From Macrostomum hystrix (lineage: Eukaryota > Animalia > Platyhelminthes): DNA of 64,000 nucleotides. The notes beneath the pieces are model-generated. The model saw nothing but the letters and a program-made list of their open reading frames with translations, was not told the origin of the DNA and ran no database searches. The position numbers and the translations under genes are program-made. Of this stretch, positions 12,087 to 45,882 are shown in pieces (position 1 is the first letter of the stretch; each line of letters starts with the position of its first letter). Location of the stretch: the NCBI GenBank assembly GCA_950097015.1, contig CATNEN010000001.1, forward strand, positions 3,224,001 to 3,288,000, read 5' to 3'.

Positions 12087-15000
12087 TCATCTCTTCATCT
12101 TTCGCATCTCCTCTCGCCTGGCTCGCCGTTCGCTTTCGTCGCGAATATCGGCGGCATCCTCCAAAGCGGCGATGCGCCTGGAGCGCATCTCCTCGGCCCG
12201 GATGTCGCGATAGCTGGCCACCATGCCGCGACAGTCGTCGTGCGGATTGACGGCCGCGTAGCGTCTAGGATCGAATTTCAGGCTGCGGTGAACTTCGCGA
12301 ACAATTTTAGCATAGTCCTCAACAGCAGTATCTTCCGTGTCGTCAATGAAACTGTCGGCATCTTCGTCGTCGTTGTATTCATCGTCGTCGCTATGATTTG
12401 TTGGATGTCGACTTAATGGCGCAGGAGTGGAATGATTTTTGGACAACTTTTTCACCGACGGCAAGTTGGAAACGGCACCCGATCGATCTGAGGATTTAGG
12501 CTTGCTGACATCTTTGTTGGTCTGCACCTGCTTCGGCTGCTGCTGGCCTCCGTTTGACAACGCCTTGTCGCCGTCCGATTCGTTAAGCTTTCGAAGCTTT
12601 CTAGGAAGGGATGTTAACGGGTGTGGACAGGTAGGTAAACTAGATAACAGGTAGAGAAACTAGATAACAGGCCGGGAAACTAGATAACAGGCCGGGAAAC
12701 TAGATAACAGGCCGGGAAACTAGATGACTGGTAGGTAAACTAGATAACAGGCCGGGAAACTAGATAACAGGTAGGGAAACTGGATGACAGGTAGGGAAAC
12801 TAGATAACAGGTGGGGAAACTAGATGACTGGTGGGGAAACTAGATGACTGGTAGGGAAACTAGATGACTTGTGGGGTAACTAGAGGATTGGTTGGGAAAC
12901 TAGATTAACAGGTAGGGAAACTAGATGACAGGTAGGGAAACTAGATGACAAGTAGGGAAACAGGAATACAGGTAGGGAGAGAAAACTAGAATACGGGTAT
13001 AGAAATGGAAGGCAAAATAGACAGGTAGGTTGATCATCAAATAATATAAATTGGTACTTACTTGTCAATCTTTTCGAGTTCTTTAAGCAATTCCTCTCGC
13101 CGCATCATCAGGTATTGACGCTGAACATTATTTGGCCCAGATACGGACGATGATGATGACGGAGGAGGCGGTGGAGGCTGTGGTAGACGCGAAGAGCTCG
13201 AATAATTTGATGATGCAGACGATGGCTTGGACTTTTTGGACGCGCTGACACCGCCGCCACCGTTGGCTCCATCTGACAGTCGCTTCTGCGCCAGAGAATC
13301 TTGAGACTTTTTTACACCCGCATCAACGGGACGGCCTTTCTTCACATCGCCATTGGTGCCGTTTTTCTGTTGCTGCACCGAATTGTGAGGAGGCTGCGGT
13401 CTGGATTGTGGAGCCATTGTGGCAGCCTTTTTAGCTTCCATTTCTAAGCGCCTGCGCTCCATAAATTGTTTGACCTTGGCTGGATCAACAGAACTGGAGC
13501 TGTGAGGCTTTGCACCAAATGAGCTGCTGCCAGTTTTCTGATTGGAAGGATTCTGTTTTGTTTAAAGGATTAAATATGTATCCATAGATGCAAGGTGGTT
13601 GTATAACATTATATGTAGACTGTACAATACAAACATTTTAGCTAGTGTAACACCATCAGGCCTTGCAGATACTTATTTTGGCGAGATAAGGAGCTAATAT
13701 CAAAGTCCTTCACTTTTTATAAGTGAATTAATTAAAAGAGGCCATACATATTTTTAGATAATATATACTTTAACAAAACTAAGTAGACAGAACTACTTTT
13801 TCTGCTGCTTATAATTTATTTAATTACCTATTTATGATATTAGCTACAATAGTATTAGCTACTTAAGCTCTCTTATAGCTAAGTTATACTTATACTTAGA
13901 TATCCTTTTTTCTACTTAAACAAAAACATTTTTAAAGTTAGTCTATGTGGAAAAATATTGAGACAAATAGGGTAATGTATCATCAACCGAACAGTGTATC
14001 TTCAAAACCAAACAAGAATTTTGACTTCTTCCTTGGTCTCGTGCAAGACAGAAACAAGCTATTGTGTTTCACAGAACAACTAATTTGAAAGTTGAAGAAA
14101 TTATCTACAAGCTGAGGCATGATGTGCAATGAAGTATTAAGAGGAAAAAAAGATATTGATGTTTCAGTAGAAATTTTTATTGCAAAAGCATACTTTTTAA
14201 CAACATTTTTTCAGTATGTACTTTAGACGAAGATTGTATGCGGTTGCTTGCCAATTAAATGACCATAAATGTAGTTATTTATAGAGCATGAAAAAATGCT
14301 TTCAAATGACATAATTCATGATAGATCACTCCTTAAAAATAAGATTAAACCACTCACTCAAATAGTAAAACCAAACATCAAATTCGCTGTTTGGTTTGAA
14401 GATACATGAAAATCATTGTTCTGTTTTAGATAAAAAGCAGGAATAACATTTTTTCTATTTGTCAAAATAGCAAAAGCAGATACTTTTTAGAAAGATGTAA
14501 CTGTTTTCTATAACTTGGCTTTTGATTTATCATCATATCTTAAATAGAAAATCTGTAGCTTAGGTTTGAAGTTAAAAAAATACACATTCTTGTTTGGTTG
14601 ATGATACATTACCCTACTAGGCCTAGTATTTAAATGTCTGAGTTTTAGCTAACAAAATAACTAAAAAATAAGTCTTAAAAGAAACTAGTGATGTAGCAGC
14701 CATGCATCGAACTCTGTACCTAGGAACATGGCCACCAAGGCCCTATACATAGAGCTGTGTTGCAAATCCATAGAGGTGAAGATAGGCATAGCCAGGGTCT
14801 CTAGGAATAGAGTGGATGATAATTAGGGACTAGATGGCCATACAAACAGAGTTAGATGCACAACCACCATGTCCCCAGTTATAGCAAATCCATAATTTCA
14901 ATACATTGCTATCCATACATAGGCTAAATCATTAAAGAAGCTAATGCCTATGATGTAGCTCAGTAAAAATTTAGACCAAGCTACCAAGGCATTCATGTCT

Positions 15001-15360
15001 ATTTTTCCTCAATATTTATTTTAAAAAGTTCCAGAGAAAAACTTTTTTCTCTCTGACTATGGATAGTATAAAAATTACTAATTCAAATGGAACCAGATAA
15101 ATATTTGCTATTGTTACAAGGCATTTAGCTTGTTACAAGTGTTAAAAATGCATACATTGACATTATATGATCCTCTTTTTTGTTACCTAACAATTTTAAA
15201 TTAATACAAAAACAAACACCACCAGCAAGACAGATAGGTTGCAATAAGGTACATAAAAATGATGTCTACAAACCTGAATAGCCTTGTTTGCTTTCTCTAA
15301 AGCCAGTTTCTGTTGTTCTACATTTCTTTGAGCATTTTCAAGAGCAAGTTTATAGTCCAT
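12087..15360 (-). CDS. SPT2: SPT2 homolog (SPTY2D1-like histone chaperone), 3 exons, 363 aa
   Basis: Exons 15360-15274, 13552-13062, 12600-12087 have GT-AG boundaries and phases 0,2 (1092 nt). The C-terminal SPT2 domain reads DSFIDDTED...IVREVHRSLKFDPRRY...MVASYRDIRAEEMRSRRIAALED. The N-terminus is MDYKLALENAQRN...VDPAKVKQFMERR. Confidence 0.88.
12627..12980. repeat. 20-bp minisatellite in SPT2 intron 2 (AGGTAGGGAAACTAGATAAC)
   Basis: Tandem periodicity, ~17 copies. Confidence 0.9.
13970..14614. mobile_element. MITE/non-autonomous DNA transposon (~645 bp) in SPT2 intron 1
   Basis: 24-bp TIRs GGGTAATGTATCATCAACCGAACA (13970-13993) and TGTTTGGTTGATGATACATTACCC (14591-14614) differ by one mismatch and are flanked by TA on both sides. 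TIR-like internal repeats occur at ~13995 and ~14388. Confidence 0.8.
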
Positions 15361-17307
15361 AGCTATTGACAATTGTATTGAGCACTGAGTTTTTTATAAT
15401 TTTTCTAATGCAGCGAAGCTAGTCTGAACTCTTTTTAGACGACTTCAGAGACTTTTTACTAGCAAGGTAACTTGATTGTGAGTACTACTTTCTTAAATTT
15501 AAAGTTAAAACGATTTGAAATTTCTAACACAAAGCGAAAGAAAGCGAATTTTTACACGATAGCTACCAGTTCTTGCTAACAAACAGCAAATTTAGTGAGC
15601 ATAAGACAATAAAAAATATAGGTTGTAACGATAAGCGCAATTGTACTGATTCCGCAATTTAAAAGCTTGTCTTCGAAAAATACTTAGTTAGGCAAAATAT
15701 CAAAAAATTCACTGACACAGCTTCATAGAAAAACAAAAAGTAAAAAATTATTAAGCAGGACCAGTTTTTTAGGTTAAAAATTGCTATATTTTTAAATGCA
15801 GCAGCTATTTTACGTAAATAAATTTTGCAAGAGACATGCATTGTGGACATCATTTTCGTTGAAAAATACGAATTTACTTTTTACTCGAAATATAGGTCCG
15901 TAATAATAATAAGTCGGCGCTCGTCTGTTGTTTGTCAGAACCATTAACATCCAAATGTTTTTTTTATTTTTAGAATGAATCTAAATGCAAAAACTAATTT
16001 GTACTTCTTTATAAACAAGATTTTGACAAACGCTAATCGTTCTAACCTAACACTTTTTTATATAAACAGTTACTGCATGGATGTGGCATGTAGTTATGTA
16101 TCGACTATTGTTTGAACGTTTCTCGTTCATCACAACATAGGCCTAATCACAATTACACAATAGCGTGGTTTTACAACCAATAGTATCAAGAAGCAAAATC
16201 GTACACACTTCTTGACTCTTTACACAGAGTCTTTACATTTATATATTAAAGTTTTAGTTAAGGTAAAGTTTATGTTAATGTGTTATGTGAAGTTTAAGAA
16301 GCCCAGAGCAAGAAGCAACCAGCATATACACATGGCAGATATATGCTCCTATGTATAATTTATTTCGTTTTTGCATGTTAACAATTCAATAGGCCTAGAT
16401 TAACTGTTTCATTAACTTTAACAACTTTATAGTAGAAAAAAAAGATTAAACTATATTTAGGCCCCCTAACAAATTTTAATTTATAACATTATCTTTGACT
16501 TAGCCTATCAACCTTTTTAGAACATTTAGATAATAGATGTACTCCAATGCTGCCTTAATTGTTCAATAGTTTTTAGTGCCTTGTATTCTTCTTTGTGGGT
16601 AAGCTAGTTATTATTCCTACTATAGTTACCATTAGGTAAGGTGCCAATCCTCTAGTTGTGCACATTTGATTTAAATAGGGCCTACAGTTTATGGCTAACA
16701 ACACTACAGTTTTAACAGACTCTTTATAATAAATATATAAAAAACTGACCAACAACCAACAAGCCACTCAGATGTCATTGTATTGCACTCAGACAGTACC
16801 TGGTTGTATGCCACCCAGAAAATAATATTGCTAAATGTAATTAGGCAAAGCAAGAACAAAATAATTTTTCAATCATTTCTTCCTGCCCTTTTTCTCTTTT
16901 ACTTGTTGTTAGAAAGTTGTTATATATAAAATATTTAAACAGACAAAAACTAGATGATTTTAATTATGGCTAACCACTTTTTGCAATGTACTTTAGAGTT
17001 AACTAGTGCAATTAGTGCCATATTTTATGAAATTTATATGATTTTTGGTGAATTTACTATGTTTTTTATATTATTAATATAATTTAGAGCTACTTTATAA
17101 GTTTATACTATTGTATATGTTACTTTCTACTTGTTATGTGCAAGTGAAACTATTATATTTATCAAATATTAAATGTTTTTGTCATTTATTTGCTACCCTT
17201 AAAACTTATCAATTTTGCTTAAATTACATTAAAGCTAGTTGGATTATAAATATCAATAAACTTCCAATAGACAAGAAAGAGTCATTCAAAGCAAACAGAA
17301 CTGATAG

Positions 17308-38955
<21,648 letters not shown>

Positions 38956-39816
38956 TTTTAATATAATAAACTAATTAGATGGCTATTGGTATGCATCGAT
39001 ATAGTTACTCCCGCCGTTTACCTAGTACCAGTTTTTCTCCTGTGATGATGCAATAGCTTTTCGTTTCGCTTAAGTGTAATTTTATCGATTTTTTAATCTC
39101 TTAAATCATTTAAAAATCGTTGATAAATCGCTTATCCAATTTTTGTTTTAAACATATAAACCGTTAATTTTGAGTCTCTCTTATAGATACAGTAGTTGGA
39201 AAAGTGGATTACACTTTATAAATCAGAATTATCCCTTAATCTTCAATGTGATATCCTATTCGTATACACTAATCTGTGTTGTCCACTAATTTGCTTATGT
39301 ATATTTTTTGTATTTTTCTTAGCATTGTTTTCCGATGTAATTTACTATATATTTGTGCACTGATCATTTTAAACAGATTAAGTTATAAACGTGTTTTGAT
39401 GTTTTTAAACAGACTTTTTTTAATGTTTTAGTTAGTTTGTTGTTACACAATAAGCTATCTGTTACTAATACGTAAATTTAGTTCTAAAATCATTAGTCTT
39501 TTGTGTTTACATTATATTCTCCAGCAAAGAACCTGTCTAGCAAAAGCTACTTGCAGTAGTTTGCACCAAAGCTTATGCAATTTATTTGCTATTTACTTAA
39601 AGTCAATAAAATACAATCCGCGTTTGTCATTAATGAAAGTAGTATATTTTGTGTTTTTTATTTTCATTTAGTTCTTTAGATTAAGGTCAATTAACAGTAA
39701 CTACTACCTTAACAATAGTTTATTTATTACACTAAAGTTAATCTAAAATTAACTTTATCTTGACTTCATTTATGGTTTTTTCCAACTTGGTTTGCAGAAT
39801 AAGCAAGTAATCAATT

Positions 39817-42800
39817 ATGGCATCTGCGGATCTGCCAATCAATATCGAGCCGACCGAGGAGTCTAAATTATCGGACGACAAGACCGAAAAAGCGTCAACC
39901 ACTTCGTCATCTTCGGCGTTGACTTTGGGCACTGCTGCCACAGCCAACTCCGCCGATTGGGAGCTGGTCGAACCGCCGGCAGTGCCCAGTCTACTGTCTG
40001 CTGAATGTCTGGCGCCTTCTGCCAGCAGTAGCAGCTCCGTTGAGGTTTTGCTAGCCTCTGAAACAGAGGACGCCCTTGAAGATGCCGATAGCCTAGCTAA
40101 TAATGTGGACGAAATTGGCGTTGAACTGCTGGAAGATAATGAGCAGCAAATGATGCCAAGCTCCATGCAAGCTTCTGGTTCTACAGTGGCGACAACTACG
40201 GAGACCACCGCTGTTCAGCAGGCTGCTGGACGACAAGATGACACGACGACGGATTCAGTTCAGCAGCAGCAGCAGCAGCCACTAATTTCAGGACCATCCG
40301 AACAACGGATTATTCAAGCGATTCGTCTATTACAAAACACTTTGCCAGCATCGTCCGAGCAGCCGGCGCCTCAGGGGGTGAGTGGTAGAGCGGTCTAACG
40401 CGATTGCCTCTTGCGCCAAGGTCCCTGAGCTCGATTGCGCGGCGAGGCCACATTTATTTGGGGCGCAGCCGCGTAGAAAATGCTTGGGTACTTTTCGTGC
40501 AATTTAGGGCACTTCAAGGCACTATTTGTTAAGGTCCTGGCGATGAGAAAGTCAAGGCAGATGTACATTATACCTGTGTGAGCATGAGCCTGCAGGACGG
40601 TATCTGGATGCGTGTGTGCTCAGGAGTCAGCGAAATGGGGCAGAACTGCCTCCTCGCTGGCTGCGGGTCTAGTGTCACCAAATGATGCGCCATTGCCCGC
40701 AGCCCTCCTGCAATTATTATTATTATTAGGCGGCGCCTCCGTCTCCTCCGTCGACGCCGACGCCTCCGCCGGAACCGGAGCCCGCTCGACTTCGCATTAT
40801 TCGTCGCTGGCTAGCCTACGACGAAGAGGACATCAACGAAGCCGAACGAGAGTCGCCTCCCGAGAGCGACATCGGACTGGCCGATCCGCCGCCGCCCGCA
40901 GCTGGCAACGAGGATCAGGACAATAACGCCGACTATGGCCACGTGCTGCCCGCGATGCTGGCTACAGCAGCCCGTCAGCGTCAGCGTCAGTATTGTCATC
41001 GGCCGAATGACCCGGTGAATTGCCGGCTGACTGTTCTGTGCCTGCTGGCTTTGGCGTTCGCCACCGGTCTCGGCCTCGGACATTTTTTTGGCTGCTCCGG
41101 TTCTGGGCGAGACGGCCGGCTGCTGATTGGTTGCCGGGCCTGGAGGGCCGATCAGGTATTCCATTTGTATTTCTCGTTTTGTTTAATGATTCAGGTTTTG
41201 AGGTTGTGACCCTTTTCCCCAAATTATCTTCTCTTTCTTCCCCAATCTTCTCCCCTTTCTTTCCCCGAATTTCCCCTTTCTTTCCCCCAATCTTCTCCCC
41301 TTTCTTTTCCCCAATCTTCTCCCCTTTCTTCCCCCCAATCTTCTCCCCTTTCTTCCCCCCAATCTTCTCCCCTTTCTCCCCCCCCAATCTTCTCCCCTTT
41401 CTTTCCCCCAATCTTCTCCCCCTTTTTCACCGCAATCTTCTCCCCTTTCTTCCCCCCAATCTTCTCCCCTTTCTTGCCCCCAATCTTCTCCCCTTTCTCC
41501 CCCCCCAATCTTCTCCCCTTTCTCCCCCCCAATCTTCTCCCCTTTCTTTCCCCCAATCTTCTCCCCCTTTTTCACCGCAATCTTCTCCCCTTTCTTCCCC
41601 ACAATCATTTCCCCTGTTCGTCTGTTCCAACCCCGATGTTCTTATTTTTGTTCCTATTATATTCTCCTCTTTCTTCCCTCAATCTCCCCTCCTTCCCTGC
41701 TTAAGTCCTATTGAATTTCTCTAATTGATACTCATCTCGTCTCCTCCCTGCAACCCCAAGGCTTCTCGTTCGCGCGCCCTTCGTCGCGATCTAGCCGCTT
41801 GCACTCGTCGCTACGACGATCTGGAGCTAACTATCAGCGAACTGAAGACTACCCTAGTGCAGAAGGAGTACGTCGACAAATGGGAGAGCTTATACGCCGA
41901 ATCCGAAGAGGAGAAGGACGCCCTGCGCGTTGCTATGGAGCTCTACAAGACTCGATATAATCGGGAGAAGGCTAAGAATGAAGAGCTGGGGGAGCGCTTG
42001 GCGGAAGCTGAGAGAGTCTGCAACGCAACCCAGTCTAATGTACAGGTGATTAACGGGAAATCGCTGGTCTTTAGCCTTTTTAGTTGCTAGGGTACTAAAC
42101 TATGCAGTCGTTTTTTGATTCGTATCTTTCGCTTATTTGTATATAATAGTTGGTTGCCATGCTAGCTTTCTGGCAAATGATGGTTGTTGCTATGCGAGCT
42201 TTCTGGCAAATGATAGTTGGTTGCTATGCTAGCTTTCTGGTGAATAATGGTTGGTTGCTATGCTAGCTTTCTGGTGAATAATGGTTGGTTGCTATGCTAG
42301 CTTTCTGGAAAATGATGGTTGGTTGCTATGCTAGCTTTCTGGTGAATAATGGTTTGTTGCTATGCTAGCTTTCTGGATAATGATGGTTGGTTGCTATGCT
42401 TGCTTTCTGGTTAATGATAATTAGTTGCTATGCTAGCTTTCTGGTGAATAATAGTTGGTTGCTATGCTAGCTTTCTGGTGAATGATAGTTGGTTGCTATG
42501 CTAAGTTTTAGTAAATGATAATTGGTTGCTATGCTAGTGTTTTGGTAAATGATGGTTGGTTGCTATGCTATCCGGTTAGTTAGTGATATTTTGTCGTTAT
42601 TTTACGATAGTTGCCATGGTAACTCTTTATTAAGACGTCAACAACGATCATAGGTTTTTGCTTTACACAGGTTCTACTGATGAGTTTAGTCGTATTGCTG
42701 TTTTTTCAAATAATTTTTTTATTATTTTAGATCGAACAGTTGAAATCTGCCAATGCCAAGCTTCTCACTGAGGCAGCTGAGCTTCGTTCTAAAATTGATT

Positions 42801-44469
42801 CTAACAAGCTCGCTAACCAATGCCATCGCGACTGGCTATTCGGCGTCCTTAGCAACGGCACTGCAGCCGCCGCTAAAGTTGGCTGCGGCCTGTTTAATCG
42901 GGTTAACAATGCTTCGGATCGGTTGCTAAGGAAGCTTAGCAACAGTTCCAGCGGAGTTATGATGAAAAAGTTCACTAACGCCACTGTGGCCCTATTTAGA
43001 AAGCATCTAGGCGACGTCACTAATCGGTTGCTAGGCAACCTAGACAAAGCTTCCGGCGGCTATTTGGCCAATTTGCCAAAGCGCTATTTCAATTTCTCCA
43101 TGATTGAAGTCGCAACCGTAACGACTGAGGATAAAACTAAAGAGACTGAACCCCCAGGTCCGGCTCCACCTTCAATTATTGTTGCTAAGGACGCTCAGTG
43201 CGTCATTAGCAACGCCAAGAACAGAGAAGATTTAGCCAGCAAGGCCAGCACCGCCCTTCGCTGGAGTCTGGATGGTCGCGCCGAGGTGCGCGCGAAGGAG
43301 AGAAAAATTGGGGCCAAAGAGATTCAACGTCTGGGGAAGCTGAATCGCAGGAAGGGAACGCGACACGACTGGTACGCGCGAAGGCTGCAGGTGCGTCGCT
43401 GAATAAAACTATTTGATTGACAAGTTCTACTTTTAGATTTGGAGGATCGACCCTATCCGCCATTTTCCCCCTGAATTAATCCATATCGCTGTTTTTAATA
43501 GACTGACCCCTAACAGTTTCCAATAGATTGACCCCTAACAGTTTCCAATAGATTGACCCCTAACAGTTTCCAATAGATTGACCCCTCACAGTTTCCAATA
43601 GATTGACCCCCTCCCAGTTGCCAATAGACTGACCCCTAACAGTTTCCAATAGATTGACCCCCTCCCAGTTGCCAATAGATTGACCCCCTCCCAGTTTCCA
43701 ATAGATCGACCCCCTCCCAGTTGCCAATAGATTGACCCCTCGCAGTTTTCAATAGATTGACCCCCTCCCACAGTTTCCAGTAAATTGACCCCCTCCCAGT
43801 TTCTAAAAGATTAACCCCTTCCCAGTTTCCGATATTAGATTGAACCCCTCCCAGTTTCCAGTAGATTGACCCCCTCCCAGTTTTCAATAGATTGACCCCC
43901 TCCCACAGTTTCCGATAGATTGACCCCCTCCCAGTTTCCGATAGATTGACCCCCTCCCAGTGTCCAGTAGATTGACCCCCTCCCAGTTTTTAACAGATTG
44001 ACCCCCTTACCAGTTTCCGATAGATTGACCCTCTCCCAGTTTCAATATTAGATTGACCCCTTGCCAGTTTCCAATATTAGATTGACCCCTTGCCAGTTTC
44101 CAATATTTGACTGACCCCCTCCCAGTTTCTAATAGATTGACCCCTCCCAGTGTCTTCTAGTGAAACTGACGGAGTTTTCTATATCCCTAGAAACAGCACT
44201 AAGTTAATGTCTCAAATAAAATTTCTTAGACTCGACAGAAGCTGCGAGGTCACTATGAGGCGTCAAAGTCGAAGCCATACTACGACAATAAGCATTTTCC
44301 AGAGGAGGTCTTTGACGATGCCGACAGTCGGCTAAATATGAACGAGCGTAGCGAGGATGTCGAATGGGGCGTCGGGCAGCTGAAGGCCGCAGTTGACAAA
44401 GTCACTACTAGGCTAGCTCGGATTAAAGAAAAATTTCTCGCCGCAAAGCAGAGAAGATGGTCGGCTTAA
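39817..44469 (+). CDS. CCPG1/PBXIP1-like single-pass membrane protein (candidate ER-phagy receptor), 5 exons, ~723 aa
   Basis: Exons 39817-40377, 40730-41155, 41761-42045, 42731-43390, 44230-44469, all phase 0 GT-AG (2172 nt). The acidic disordered N-terminus has a LIR-like DWELV and FIR-like SVEVL/GVELL. The TM segment TVLCLLALAFATGLGLGHFFG resembles CCPG1 (CVILALVIAISMGFGHFYG) and is followed by a coiled coil. The gene model is more secure than the family name. Confidence 0.65.
40373..40727 (+). mobile_element. tRNA-derived SINE, copy C, forming intron 1 (40378-40729) of the CCPG1-like gene
   Basis: Head AGGGGGTGAGTGGTAGAGCGGTCTAACGCG (A-box), GGTCCCTGAGCTCGATT (B-box-like), 3' stem GGCTGCGGG/CCCGCAGCC and a (TTA)n tail. 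TSD AGCCGGCGCCTC (40361-40372)/AGGCGGCGCCTC (40728-40739). Confidence 0.9.
41237..41605. repeat. Pyrimidine-rich ~24-bp repeat in CCPG1-like intron 2 (CCCCAATCTTCTCCCCTTTCTT)
   Basis: About 15 copies. Confidence 0.9.
42147..42572. repeat. 34-bp repeat in CCPG1-like intron 3 (CTTTCTGGTGAATAATGGTTGGTTGCTATGCTAG)
   Basis: About 12 copies. Confidence 0.9.
43495..44150. repeat. 25-28-bp repeat in CCPG1-like intron 4 (CAGTTTCCAATAGATTGACCCC...)
   Basis: About 24 copies. Confidence 0.9.
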
Positions 44470-44647
44470 ACGCACTGCTAATGGGGAGAAATTTGTGTCG
44501 AGAATTTGTGAATAGACTGATTGGTTTTCCTAGGTGTCTGGGCAGGTGTGCGGGCGATTTTTTTTATTTGCAATTTTTTCTGCTTTTAAAATGTTTTATT
44601 TATCGCTCTTCAATAACTTTTCCACAATTTTTATCGTTGAAATCTGA

Positions 44648-45540
44648 CCTTCAGGTGCTCAAATTGGATTCATTTACACACCTTCAGGTCCTCAGGTTGG
44701 GTTCAGATACAGACTTTCAGGTCCTCAGATTGGGTTCGGATACACAACTTCAGGTTCTTAGATTGGGTTCAGATACACACCTTCAGGTCCTCAGATTGGA
44801 TTCAGATACAGACCCTCAGGTCCTCAGATTAGATTCAGATACACACCTTCAGGTTCTTAGATTAGATTCAGATACAGACCTTCAGGTCCTCAGATTAGAT
44901 TCAGATACACACCTTCAGGTTCTTAGATTGGGTTCAGATACACACCTTCAGGTCCTTAGATTAGATTCAGATACAGACCTTCAGGTCCTCAGATTGGGTT
45001 CAGATACACACCTTCAGGTCCTCAGATTAGATTCAGATACACAACTTCAGGTTCTTAGATTGGGTTCAGATACACACCTTCAGGTCCTCAGATTGGGTTC
45101 AGATACACACCTTCAGGTCCTCAGATTGGATTCAGATACAGACTCTCAGGTCCTCAGATTAGATTCAGATACACACCTTCAGGTTCTTAGATTAGATTCA
45201 GATACAGACCTTCAGGTCCTCACATTAGATTCAGATACACACCTTCAGGTTCTTAGATTGGGTTCAGATACACACCTTCAGGTCCTCAGATTAGATTCAG
45301 ATACACAACTTCAGGTTCTTAGATTGGGTTCAGATACACACCTTCAGGTCCTCAGATTGGGTTCAGATACACACCTTCAGGTCCTCAGATTGGATTCAGA
45401 TACACACCTTCAGGTCCTCAGATTGGATTCAGATACACACCTTCAGGTTCTTAGATTAGATTCAGATACAGACCCTCAGGTCCTCAGATTGGATTCAGAT
45501 ACACACCTTCAGGTCCTCAGATTAGATTCAGATACACACC
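44648..45540. repeat. 33-bp minisatellite (CTTCAGGTCCTCAGATTAGATTCAGATACACAC)
   Basis: About 27 copies downstream of the CCPG1-like stop. It is the source of the LQVLRLDSDTH pseudo-ORF. Confidence 0.95.
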
Positions 45541-45882
45541 ATAAAACATACTAATAATAATTTATATTATCATTATTTACTTTAGCCGCTTATAGTTTAT
45601 TTTTATTTACAAGTTGTCAACTAGTGAAGCATATGTATTCAATATCTGACACATAATTTCAGTTTTACTGCTCAACAAGTTTTTATGTAAATAGTTCCCG
45701 TTGCAATTACAGTTGTTGATAATGTTTTTTTGTAAATATGATTACTAGATAAAACAGCTCTACTGATTACCATCATCATATTCAGATAACTCATTTTATG
45801 TTTTATTATCATTGTCGTCGTTTTTTCGTACGTTTATTCGTTAATTACGTTTGCAAATATCTTCATAACCGATTAGTAATAA

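Noticed and set aside
44457-45554. LRR-like ORF (LQVLRLDSDTH)n
   Set aside because: It is a near-identical 33-bp DNA repeat downstream of a stop codon. The 11-aa period and absence of the LRR Asn make the resemblance coincidental.
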